55,267 nucleotides of DNA from Candidatus Omnitrophota bacterium (GTDB lineage Bacteria > Omnitrophota > Gorgyraeia > JABMRN01 > RBG-13-46-9), in contig JBDRHE010000003.1 of assembly GCA_043817155.1 (NCBI GenBank), positions 1 to 55,267 of the forward strand, read 5' to 3'. This document shows positions 41,758-50,108 of this stretch, in pieces. The stretch's first letter is position 1. The number at the start of each line of letters is the position of its first letter. Position numbers and translations under genes: made by a program. The notes beneath the pieces are model-generated. The model was given only the letters and a program-made list of their open reading frames with translations. It was not told the origin of the DNA and did no database searches.

Positions 41758-42927
41758 ATGGGCATAGAGATCAAACTATCGGAAAGGCTTGAAAAGTTAC
41801 CACCGTATCTTTTTGTAGAGATCGATAGGGCAAAGAAGAAGGCCGAAGAAGAAGGAAAAGATATAATCGATCTTGGTGTGGGGGATCCTGATCAACCAAC
41901 GCCAAGGTTCATAATTGACGCTCTCCATAAAGCGAGTCTCAACCCCGCAACTCACAGATACGCTCTGGATAGAGGTGTGTCCGAGCTGCGAATGGAGATA
42001 GCCGGGTGGTACAGATCCAGGTTCGGGGTAGAGCTTAATCCCGATACCGAAGTACTTCCCCTCATAGGTTCGAAAGAGGGCATAGCCCACATACCAATGG
42101 CTTTCATAAATAACGGGGATGTCGGGCTAATTCCGGATCCATGCTACCCGCCCTATAATTCCAGCATCATATTTGCAGGCGGGGAGCCTTACCATATGTC
42201 GCTTCTGGCTGAAAACGCTTTTTTACCTGATCTTGAGAGCATCGAATCCGGGGCTTTAAATAAGGCAAAGATCATGTTTTTGAATTATCCGAACAACCCT
42301 ACCGCAGGTGTTTGCGATAAGTCATTCTTTAATAGGGTGGTTAAGTTCGCGGAAGATAACGGTATAGTGGTCTGTCACGACGCTGCCTACAGCGAGCTCT
42401 CTTATGATGGATCGAAGATGTCAAGTTTTCTTGAAGTGCCGGGCGCGAAGGATGTAGGCGTAGAATTCCATTCTTTTTCAAAGATATTCAATATGACAGG
42501 TTGGCGCCTTGGATTTGCTTGCGGTAATTCGAAAATAATAGCTGCGCTTGCGAAGGTTAAATCAAATATCGATTCCGGAGTATTTAATGCTATACAGGCT
42601 TCGGGTATCGAAGCGTTAAAGCGGATCGATAAAGTTGCGCGCGCTATACAGAAATTATATGAAAGCCGCAGGAACGTTTTTGTGGATGGTCTGGGCAATT
42701 CCGGCTGGAAGGTGCCAAAACCGAAAGCAACCTTTTATGTGTGGGCTCCCGTTCCGAAAGGCTATACATCGAAGAGTTTTGCAGCAGTCTTGCTGGAAAG
42801 AGCGCAAGTGGTGGTTACACCCGGAAACGGATTTGGCAAGAGTGGCGAAGGCTATGTAAGAATGGCTTTAACGGTAAGTGAGTCAAGATTGAAAGAGGCG
42901 GTAGATAGGATCAAGGGGATCCTTTGA
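41758..42927 (+). CDS. dapL: LL-diaminopimelate aminotransferase
   Basis: LPPYLF, GSKEGIAH, NYPNNPT, SFSKIFNMTGWRLG; dap operon context. Confidence 0.85.
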   Translation: MGIEIKLSERLEKLPPYLFVEIDRAKKKAEEEGKDIIDLGVGDPDQPTPRFIIDALHKASLNPATHRYALDRGVSELRMEIAGWYRSRFGVELNPDTEVLPLIGSKEGIAHIPMAFINNGDVGLIPDPCYPPYNSSIIFAGGEPYHMSLLAENAFLPDLESIESGALNKAKIMFLNYPNNPTAGVCDKSFFNRVVKFAEDNGIVVCHDAAYSELSYDGSKMSSFLEVPGAKDVGVEFHSFSKIFNMTGWRLGFACGNSKIIAALAKVKSNIDSGVFNAIQASGIEALKRIDKVARAIQKLYESRRNVFVDGLGNSGWKVPKPKATFYVWAPVPKGYTSKSFAAVLLERAQVVVTPGNGFGKSGEGYVRMALTVSESRLKEAVDRIKGIL

Positions 42928-43065
42928 CCCGCCTTCGTCCGCTGCCTACGGCGACGAGACTTCGGCCCTCGGCTTCGCCGAGAGGCGAGCTCGGTTTTTC
43001 CCGCCAGTACATTAGTGTGGCGGGACCCCGCCATGTGATAGCAACGGCGGGGCGCTTCGCCAAAG
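42928..43065. repeat. Family E hairpin plus reverse family D element
   Basis: Sister of 18371-18490 with an extra CTCGGCTTCGCCGAG hairpin; starts immediately after the stop codon. Confidence 0.8.
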
Positions 43066-43111
43066 AATGCCGAATGGATGTACAGATGTAAAGCTGCGGA
43101 GCTCAAAACAT

Positions 43112-43534
43112 ATGCGCGACAGGAGATCTTCGGTATATATAGGTATCGGGTCAAATCTGGGCGACAGGAACGCCAATATAGACAAGGCCCTCAAGCTCGT
43201 AAGCATGGTGAAGGGTGTAAAGCTGCAAAAGGTATCTTCGATCTATGAGACAGAGCCGTGCGGCGGACCTTTGCAGGGTAATTTCTTAAACGGCGTATTT
43301 AACATAAAGACCACGCTCGATCCATTTAAGCTCCTGGCAGAGCTCGGGAAGATAGAGAAGAACCTTGGAAGAAGACGAAGCGCGCTAAACGGCCCGCGCA
43401 CGATAGACCTGGATATCCTACTATTCGGTTCGCGAAGGATAGATACAGAAAAACTCAAGATCCCGCATCCCAGAATGCATAAGAGGGAATTTGTATTAAG
43501 GGGACTTAGGGAATTGAATGCAAGAGTTGTTTGA
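43112..43534 (+). CDS. folK: 2-amino-4-hydroxy-6-hydroxymethyldihydropteridine diphosphokinase
   Basis: IGIGSNLGDR, SSIYETEP, GPRTIDLDIL, IPHPRM. Confidence 0.95.
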   Translation: MRDRRSSVYIGIGSNLGDRNANIDKALKLVSMVKGVKLQKVSSIYETEPCGGPLQGNFLNGVFNIKTTLDPFKLLAELGKIEKNLGRRRSALNGPRTIDLDILLFGSRRIDTEKLKIPHPRMHKREFVLRGLRELNARVV

Positions 43535-43546
43535 TCTAATATCACT

Positions 43547-44404
43547 ATGAAGATAATTACCGACATCGACAAGATGAAGACCCACGCCAAGATCATAAAA
43601 AAAGTGAGGCGGTTGGTCGGGTTTGTGCCGACCATGGGTTATCTCCATGACGGGCATATGAGCCTTATAAGATCTGCCAAAAAACAGTCCGATATAGTTA
43701 TAGCCAGCATATTCGTTAATCCTATACAATTCGCTCCTGGTGAGGATTTCGCAAAGTATCCGCGTGATAGCGCGCGCGACGAGGGCCTTGCGAAGAATTG
43801 CGGGGTGGACGTCTTATTCTGCCCGAAGCCTGAGGAGATGTATCCGGATGGCTTTTCCACCTATGTTAATGTAGAGGGGCTGACGAGTGGTCTTTGCGGC
43901 AGATCGCGATCCGGTCACTTCCGCGGGGTAACGACCGTTGTGCTGAAGCTACTGGAGATCATAAGGCCGGATATCGCATATTTTGGACAGAAAGATGCAC
44001 AGCAGGCGATAGTGATAAAGAAGATGATAGAGGATCTGAATATGGATATGGTCTTGAAGATCCTACCTACGTTGCGGGAGGCGGATGGCCTGGCGATGAG
44101 TTCTCGTAACGCATACCTCTCAAAGGCCGAAAGAAGAGATGCTAATGTGTTATTCAAGGCGCTCAAGCTGGCCGAAGAGATGGTTGATCAAGGAGAGAGG
44201 AATTCCAGAAAGATCATTGAAGATATGAGAGACCTGATAAAGGATTCGCCTTCGGCAAAGATAGACTACGTATCGATAGTGGACACGACTCGCCTCGAAG
44301 ATGTCTCTGAAATAGACGGCGAGGTATTGATAGCGCTTGCTTTGCGTATAGGTAAGACGAGGCTTATCGATAACGTAATTTTAGACGCAAAAGGAAAGGC
44401 ATGA
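43547..44404 (+). CDS. panC: Pantoate--beta-alanine ligase
   Basis: PTMGYLHDGH, FVNPIQF, FGQKDAQQ, GLAMSSRN, TRLIDN. Confidence 0.97.
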   Translation: MKIITDIDKMKTHAKIIKKVRRLVGFVPTMGYLHDGHMSLIRSAKKQSDIVIASIFVNPIQFAPGEDFAKYPRDSARDEGLAKNCGVDVLFCPKPEEMYPDGFSTYVNVEGLTSGLCGRSRSGHFRGVTTVVLKLLEIIRPDIAYFGQKDAQQAIVIKKMIEDLNMDMVLKILPTLREADGLAMSSRNAYLSKAERRDANVLFKALKLAEEMVDQGERNSRKIIEDMRDLIKDSPSAKIDYVSIVDTTRLEDVSEIDGEVLIALALRIGKTRLIDNVILDAKGKA

Positions 44405-45375
44405 CCGGAAATTCTAAACAAGATATTTTATACAAGGAAGATCTGAAGAGAAAGATACGTAAGCTCAAGGCCGAAAAGAACGCAGTTATAATTGTGCACA
44501 ATTATCAGCGTGACGAGATACAGGAGATAGCTGACATCTCGGGAGACTCCCTTAAGCTGTCGCAGGCAGCCGTAGACACGAAAGCGGATGTCATAGTCTT
44601 CTGCGGCGTCTACTTTATGGCTGAGAGCGCTTCGATCCTGAATCCTGACAAGAAGGTACTTTTGCCGGTTAAAGAGGCGGGATGTCCGCTTGCTGACATG
44701 ATCACGGTTAAGAAGCTGCGCGAAAAGAAGAAGGAGTATCCTGAGGCTGCGGTGGTCTGCTATGTCAATTCAAGCGCAGAAGTCAAGGCTGAAAGCGACA
44801 TAAGTTGTACGTCCTCCAATGCCATAGATGTAGTACGGTCCATAAAGAGCAAGATGGTCATTTTTGTTCCGGACAAGAACCTGGCCAGGTACGTGCAGAG
44901 CCAGGTGCCTGAGAAGAAGATAATATACTGGGAAGGGTTTTGCCCTACTCATATCAGGCTTACGGAAGAGGATGTTTTAAAAACAAAGAAGAGCTTCCCT
45001 AAAGCTGAATTTGTAGCGCATCCTGAATGCAGCCCGGAAGTGCTGGAGTTGGCGGACCATATCTGTTCTACAGGGGGTATGTTTCAGTATGTTAAGGCGA
45101 CAGATTGTAAGGAATTCATAATCGGGACCGAAAGTGGCATGCTCTACAAGCTGAAGAAGGAGAACCCCGGCAAGAAGTTCTACATGCCTACAAATCACCT
45201 GATATGCGCAAACATGAAGCTTACAACGCTCGGTTGGGTGGCTTATTCATTGGAGAACCTTGTTTACGAGGTAAAGGTTCCGGACAAGACCAGGCATAAA
45301 GCGAGGCTCACGCTGGATAGAATGCTCAGCGTAACAGAAAAAAAATGTGCCCGCGCAAGTCTTTCTTTCAGGTAA
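44401..45375 (+). CDS. nadA: Quinolinate synthase
   Basis: HNYQ, GDSL, FCGVYFMAE, YVNSSA, AHPEC, CANMK. Confidence 0.96.
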   Translation: MTGNSKQDILYKEDLKRKIRKLKAEKNAVIIVHNYQRDEIQEIADISGDSLKLSQAAVDTKADVIVFCGVYFMAESASILNPDKKVLLPVKEAGCPLADMITVKKLREKKKEYPEAAVVCYVNSSAEVKAESDISCTSSNAIDVVRSIKSKMVIFVPDKNLARYVQSQVPEKKIIYWEGFCPTHIRLTEEDVLKTKKSFPKAEFVAHPECSPEVLELADHICSTGGMFQYVKATDCKEFIIGTESGMLYKLKKENPGKKFYMPTNHLICANMKLTTLGWVAYSLENLVYEVKVPDKTRHKARLTLDRMLSVTEKKCARASLSFR

Positions 45376-45437
45376 TCTTAGAATTTGATATGAGGGTTGA
45401 ATGTTCGGGATAAGGGTAGCAGTGAGATCAGAATAGC

Positions 45438-46250
45438 ATGGGGAGACTAAAGGTCGGGATCATAGGATGTGGCGTGATAGGCGCCGAAATAGCTATTGCA
45501 TGTCAGGATAGACTTAGCGCTGAAACAGAACTCATAGCCCTATATGACATAGACGTAAAAAAGAGCGCTGAACTTTCCAGTTTGCTAAAGAAAGATGTCG
45601 TTGTATCATCTTCCGAAGAACTGATAGATAGGTCGGACCTGGTTATCGAAGCCGCAAACAGTAGCGCAGCGCGAGAGATCGTAAAGAGATCCGTAGAGAC
45701 CGGAACGGATGTTATGGTCATGAGCATAGGTGGTTTGATCGATTCTTCAGGTCTCCTGGAAGCTGCAAGAAAAAAGAATGTTAGAGTCTTCTTTCCGAGT
45801 GGTGCATTATGCGGCATAGATGGATTAAAGGCGGCAAAGTTATCTTATATTAAGAGCGTTACTCTTACAACTAGAAAACCGCCGAAAGGCTTAGAAGGTG
45901 CGCCTTACTTGAGAGAGAATGGGATCGAAGTCAGCAATATAAAAGAGGAGACGGTCATCTTTGACGGAACGGCCGATAATGCGGTTAAGGGCTTTCCCAA
46001 GAACATCAACGTAGCCTCGCTTTTAAGTCTTGCCGGCGTCGGAGCGGATCGAACGAAGGTGAGGATAATAGCGGTGCCGGGATCCAAAAAGAATATACAT
46101 GAAGTTGAGATCGAAGGTGAATTCGGAAAGATAGTGACGAGAACCGAGAACGTTCCATCACGCAAGAATCCTAAAACGAGCGAACTCGCGATCCTTTCTG
46201 CTATCGCTACTTTGAAGAATATGACAGATAGCGTTCGGATGGGTACGTGA
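45438..46250 (+). CDS. nadX: L-aspartate dehydrogenase
   Basis: GCGVIG, SGALCGID, TTRKPP, FPKNINVA, NPKTS; adjacent to nadA. Confidence 0.9.
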   Translation: MGRLKVGIIGCGVIGAEIAIACQDRLSAETELIALYDIDVKKSAELSSLLKKDVVVSSSEELIDRSDLVIEAANSSAAREIVKRSVETGTDVMVMSIGGLIDSSGLLEAARKKNVRVFFPSGALCGIDGLKAAKLSYIKSVTLTTRKPPKGLEGAPYLRENGIEVSNIKEETVIFDGTADNAVKGFPKNINVASLLSLAGVGADRTKVRIIAVPGSKKNIHEVEIEGEFGKIVTRTENVPSRKNPKTSELAILSAIATLKNMTDSVRMGT

Positions 46251-46258
46251 GGGAATGG

Positions 46259-46444
46259 TCCCGCCGTTACTTGCGTATGGCGGGACCCCGCAATGCGTTC
46301 TTCTTCGCTACGTATTTACATGCGTAGCTTCGAAGCAACTTAATAGTTTCTACTACGCTTGGCACATTAAGTGCTTAGCGTAGTAGAACGCAAGCACGGC
46401 GGGGCAAATGACTCGCCCTGTACGCCGCAGGCGGGCGAAGAGGC
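46259..46444. repeat. Family D/E element carrying a 95-bp hairpin insert
   Basis: Matches 49996-50091 except that 46297-46391 replaces the loop dinucleotide CT. Confidence 0.8.
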
Positions 46445-46480
46445 GGATGTTGATATTAACATTGAAGGGAGGTGAATCAA

Positions 46481-46735
46481 ATGGCCAAAAAGATGGTGTG
46501 CAAATGTGGCATAAAGAGAAAGAGCGGTTATCTCTATTTCGTAGGCAAAGATGGTTGCGCGTACGAGGTTAAGATGGCTCGCGGCAAGAAGAAGGGTGGA
46601 GGAAAGAAGAAGATCCACGATTGTCGCATAAAGAAAGAGAAGGGCTATCTTTATTTCATCGAAAAAAAAGGAAACGTCTCTGCAGCTGAGATGCAGCGTG
46701 GCGGAAAGAAGAAGAAAAAGAAGAAAAAAAGATAA
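46481..46735 (+). CDS. Small, highly basic protein with an internal duplication; candidate nucleic-acid-binding protein
   Basis: AGGGAGGTGA SD; two IK...GYLYF..K.G......M.RG units; poly-Lys tail. Confidence 0.8.
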   Translation: MAKKMVCKCGIKRKSGYLYFVGKDGCAYEVKMARGKKKGGGKKKIHDCRIKKEKGYLYFIEKKGNVSAAEMQRGGKKKKKKKKR

Positions 46736-46749
46736 CCACTACGCAGATG

Positions 46750-46826
46750 GCGGCATGCGGCATGCGGCATGCGGTTAGAAGGCCAGAGATGCCAAGCTAA
46801 CCGTACACCGCATGCCGCAAACCGCA
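46750..46826. repeat. Heptamer inverted-repeat element, GCGGCAT variant
   Basis: (GCGGCAT)3GCGGTTAG...CTAACCGTACACCGCATGCCGCAAACCGCA. Confidence 0.75.
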
Positions 46827-46832
46827 CTTTGA

Positions 46833-47621
46833 ATGAAGATCGAAAATGAGAATATATATGTCCAGGTAAAGTATTCAGATCTCGCCTGTGACCCCAAGAA
46901 TATAGAGAGATACTTTTTTGGATTCGGAGGAGAACTGTACTTTAGTTCCGGGGAGATCTATGATCACGATCACAAGATAGCCGGAGAGATCAAATCATTC
47001 GTTAAAAGCAAGAACCTCGCCTTAAGGCTTCACGCCCCTATTATCGAGATAGACTATTCTGAGCTCCGCGATATTAAACCATACATCCATTCTACATATG
47101 ATCGAGTTATAGATATCTGCCGGGCGCTTAGCATTAAATCAATTGTCGCGCATGCGGAGTTCAATTACAGGATCAACTTTTCAGTAAAGAGACAACTTGA
47201 CGCTGCCGTTCTTCTATGGCGAGAGCTGTGTGATAAATGCGAAACGAAATTGATAGACCTGAATATGGAGAATCATAACGAATTGTTCGCGGACGATCTT
47301 GTAGCTTTGGCCAAAAAGATCGATTCGAAGCATTTTGGTCTGTGCTTTGATGTGGGGCACATAAATGCATTCAGCAATTCAAGCCCGGATGAATGGATAG
47401 AGAGTTGTCCCGGGCATCTGCTAAAAGAGGCCCATCTGGCTGATAACATGGGAGACGATGATACGCACTTACCATTGGGAGAAGGGACGATAGATATTAA
47501 GAATTTCGTTAAATCTTGTATTGAACTTAACAGGGATTCTGTTTTTGTGCTTGAACCGAGAAATGTCGAGGAGACAGAGAGGAGCCTACTCTTTTTGCGA
47601 AGAGAGGGCATTATTGATTAA
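46833..47621 (+). CDS. Sugar phosphate isomerase/epimerase-like TIM barrel (AP endonuclease 2 family)
   Basis: LHAP, MEN, CFDVGH, HLADN.G.DD.HLPLGEGTID. Confidence 0.85.
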   Translation: MKIENENIYVQVKYSDLACDPKNIERYFFGFGGELYFSSGEIYDHDHKIAGEIKSFVKSKNLALRLHAPIIEIDYSELRDIKPYIHSTYDRVIDICRALSIKSIVAHAEFNYRINFSVKRQLDAAVLLWRELCDKCETKLIDLNMENHNELFADDLVALAKKIDSKHFGLCFDVGHINAFSNSSPDEWIESCPGHLLKEAHLADNMGDDDTHLPLGEGTIDIKNFVKSCIELNRDSVFVLEPRNVEETERSLLFLRREGIID

Positions 47622-47633
47622 GGGGGATTAACT

Positions 47634-47904
47634 CGTCTTTGCGAGGTGTCGTAAAGAACTAGCGCACCGAAGACCCGCCGCATGCTTCGCATAGCGGGAT
47701 CCCGCCATAAGAAAGTAACGGCGGGACAATCTCCATGTTTGTCATCCCCGCGAAAGCGGGGATCCAGAGTAGGCTTGTAGAAAGTCCATCCATGGATTCC
47801 CGCTTGCGCGGGAATGACAGACTATTGAAAATGAGATTGCCTGCCTACCTGCAGTATGCAGGCAGGCTTCGGCACACTCGAATATTACGGTGCCTCGCAA
47901 AGAC
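47634..47904. repeat. Family B doublet with reverse D in the left arm, a C doublet (47741-47818) in the spacer and a CCTGCC..GGCAGG hairpin in the right arm
   Basis: Direct reading of arms and inserts. Confidence 0.9.
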
Positions 47905-47931
47905 AGAAAAACGAGCCACAGAGATCAGATT

Positions 47932-48600
47932 ATGAGAAACAGAAAAAATAAAAGTAAACTGCTGCAAATCTACAGGCGCCTATATGCCCATTTCGGGCCC
48001 CAACGATGGTGGCCGAGTGAAACGCTTTTCGAGATGATCGTAGGCGCTGTACTTACCCAAAATACCGCGTGGGCAAACGTTGAGAAAGCAATACATAATC
48101 TAAGGGAGAAAGATCTCCTCGATCCGCAAAGAATAGCCAGTGTAAATATGCGCAAGCTGCGCTTGGCGATAAGGCCTTCGGGTTTTTATAATGAGAAAGC
48201 AAAGAGACTAAAAGAGGTTACAGGGTTCTTGATAAGGTCCTGCAACGGAAAGATCGGCGAGCTTCGGGGCATTGATAAAGGAATCTTGAGAAGAAGATTA
48301 CTGGAAATATACGGTATAGGTCCGGAGACCGCCGATAGTATCTTACTTTACGCGCTCAGGAAACCTGTCTTCGTTGTTGATTCCTATACGAGAAGGCTCT
48401 TGTTCAGGCACAGGCTAATTGGCGAAGCCGCAACTTACGACCAGATCCAGGCCTTATTTATGGATAATATCCCAAGACGCGCCGGACTCTTTAATGAATA
48501 TCACGCCCTTATTGTAAAGACCGGTAAGGAGTATTGCAGGAAGAAGAGGGGTCTTTGTCATGCTTGCCCTCTCTTAAGATACAACGGCCACATGCGGTAG
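47932..48600 (+). CDS. HhH-GPD endonuclease III-related DNA glycosylase
   Basis: GPQRWWP, GAVLTQNTAW, GIGPETADSILLYA, VDSYTRR, C-x6-C-x2-C; stop codon lies in the MITE end. Confidence 0.9.
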   Translation: MRNRKNKSKLLQIYRRLYAHFGPQRWWPSETLFEMIVGAVLTQNTAWANVEKAIHNLREKDLLDPQRIASVNMRKLRLAIRPSGFYNEKAKRLKEVTGFLIRSCNGKIGELRGIDKGILRRRLLEIYGIGPETADSILLYALRKPVFVVDSYTRRLLFRHRLIGEAATYDQIQALFMDNIPRRAGLFNEYHALIVKTGKEYCRKKRGLCHACPLLRYNGHMR

Positions 48601-48826
48601 CGTATAATATTCTGTGTAAATTCAACATGGCAGATGGCTACGGCGTGGCCTTTCAGACGAATTTTGTGGCTCACTGCAATTGGTGTATTTAATATTTCTC
48701 GCCGACTCCGGCGGCTTTACTCAATTGCTTTCGTCCGCGCACAAAATTTTCTGTCTTCAAGGCCACACCGTAGCCATCTGCCTTAAGTTACACAAATGGA
48801 ATTGACACAATATTTTTAACGCAACC
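48596..48826. mobile_element. Family F MITE (231 bp) with 8-bp target-site duplication CCACATGC
   Basis: Imperfect TIRs GGTAGCGTATAATATT / AATATTTTTAACGCAACC, internal stem GGCAGATGGCTACGGCGTGGCCTT / AAGGCCACACCGTAGCCATCTGCC, direct repeats at 48588-48595 and 48827-48834, second copy at 1-149. Confidence 0.88.
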
Positions 48827-48925
48827 CCACATGCAGAAAATCTGCACGCGGAAGAAAAATGTGATATAATATATTCCAATAAGAGATGCCGCAATTCACG
48901 TTCCAATTGAAACCGGAGGTGCATC

Positions 48926-49216
48926 ATGATCTTTGGTCTGTTTAAAAAGAAGAGATCTCTTGCAGAACTCGGCAAGCCTATAGGGGAGATAACACATTTT
49001 TTTCCACATGTCAAGGCAGCGGTCATAAAATTAAAGAGTAGTACCCTATCCGTAGGCGATATCATTTATGTAAAAGGCCATACGACAGATTTTGAGCAGA
49101 AGGTAAATAGTATTCAGGTAGATCACGCCCCGATAGACGAGGCAAGGTCTGGCCAGGAGGTCGGGTTGAGAGTTAGATCGAAAGTGAGGCACGGAGACAA
49201 AGTATATAAAGTTTAG
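48926..49216 (+). CDS. Small beta-barrel protein resembling EF-Tu domain 2 / peptidase U32 C-terminus
   Basis: IGEITHFF, LSVGD.I...G..TDF.Q.V.SIQ, GQEVG, GDKVY; GGAGGT SD. Confidence 0.75.
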   Translation: MIFGLFKKKRSLAELGKPIGEITHFFPHVKAAVIKLKSSTLSVGDIIYVKGHTTDFEQKVNSIQVDHAPIDEARSGQEVGLRVRSKVRHGDKVYKV

Positions 49217-49319
49217 TAAATACCTTTAATCGATCTATATGCAGATATGGATCAGAAACCAAAAAACAAACCCAAAAATCATCTGTCAAACACATTTAGA
49301 AATGTCCTAAAAAAACATC

Positions 49320-49348
49320 TTGATATAAGAGGAAACATAGGGTATAAT
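49320..49348 (+). promoter_or_regulatory. Putative promoter giving a leaderless transcript
   Basis: TTGATA-17 bp-TATAAT, ATG 7 nt downstream. Confidence 0.6.
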
Positions 49349-49355
49349 CTCGGTC

Positions 49356-49619
49356 ATGAAAAACAGAATCTATAGAAAGGTGCTGCTTGGGTTGGGTTTC
49401 GACTGCAAGGACGGGCATGTCCGTATAACCAAAGGTGGCAACTTTCGTCTTTATGGAGGCTCGAAAGAGACACATTCGCTTATGCAGGAGAAGGCCATAA
49501 AATTCAACGAACAAATGGAGAAGAAGCATAAGTCGCTGGAGAATCTAAGCAAAAAAGAGTTCTTCGATATAGCCAAGAAGATCGGTCTTGCACTGCCCGA
49601 AGATCGTAAAGATAAGTAG
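49356..49619 (+). CDS. Hypothetical protein (DGHVRIT motif)
   Basis: LLGLGFD..DGHVRITKG.NF.L.GGS.ETH..MQEK looks like a conserved family; has its own promoter. Confidence 0.7.
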   Translation: MKNRIYRKVLLGLGFDCKDGHVRITKGGNFRLYGGSKETHSLMQEKAIKFNEQMEKKHKSLENLSKKEFFDIAKKIGLALPEDRKDK

Positions 49620-49784
49620 TAATTTTCCCCGGATCGCGATCCATCCTGCCAATATATGTTTAAATCCGATTACAGATTTAGGTTGTCTCTCCTGAAATGT
49701 ATGGTATCATATCTGTTAAGCAAAAGGGGCCTTTCCGAGCATGGTAAAAGGGAGGGGCAGGTCTTATTGAAGGGGGTGAAATAA

Positions 49785-49967
49785 ATGGCAAAAGTTTCTG
49801 TAGATGATAGCCTTTGCACGGGTTGCGGACTTTGTGCATCGCTATGCGAGGATATATTCGAAATGGGAGACGACAATATCGCGAAAGTTAAGGGAGACTC
49901 CAGCGAAAAATGCGATCTGAACGAGATAGCATCCCAATGTCCGGTTGAAGCGATTAAGGTCGAATGA
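49785..49967 (+). CDS. Single-cluster [4Fe-4S] ferredoxin
   Basis: CTGCGLC...CPVEAI, acidic, 60 aa, SD GGGGTGA. Confidence 0.93.
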   Translation: MAKVSVDDSLCTGCGLCASLCEDIFEMGDDNIAKVKGDSSEKCDLNEIASQCPVEAIKVE

Positions 49968-49995
49968 TATAAATATACAACATTGATCAGAATGA

Positions 49996-50091
49996 TCCCG
50001 CCGTTACTGATGTATGGCGGGATCCCGCAATGCCTAAGCACGGCGGGACAAATGCCTTCGCCCTGATCGCCATAGGCGGGGCGGAGGCATT
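49996..50091. repeat. Family D/E element without insert
   Basis: TCCCGCCGTTAC..TGGCGGGATCCCGCAATGCCTAAGCACGGCGGGA plus hairpin GCCTTCGCCC..GGGCGGAGGC. Confidence 0.8.
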
Positions 50092-50108
50092 TAAATTCTA
50101 AGAAAAGA

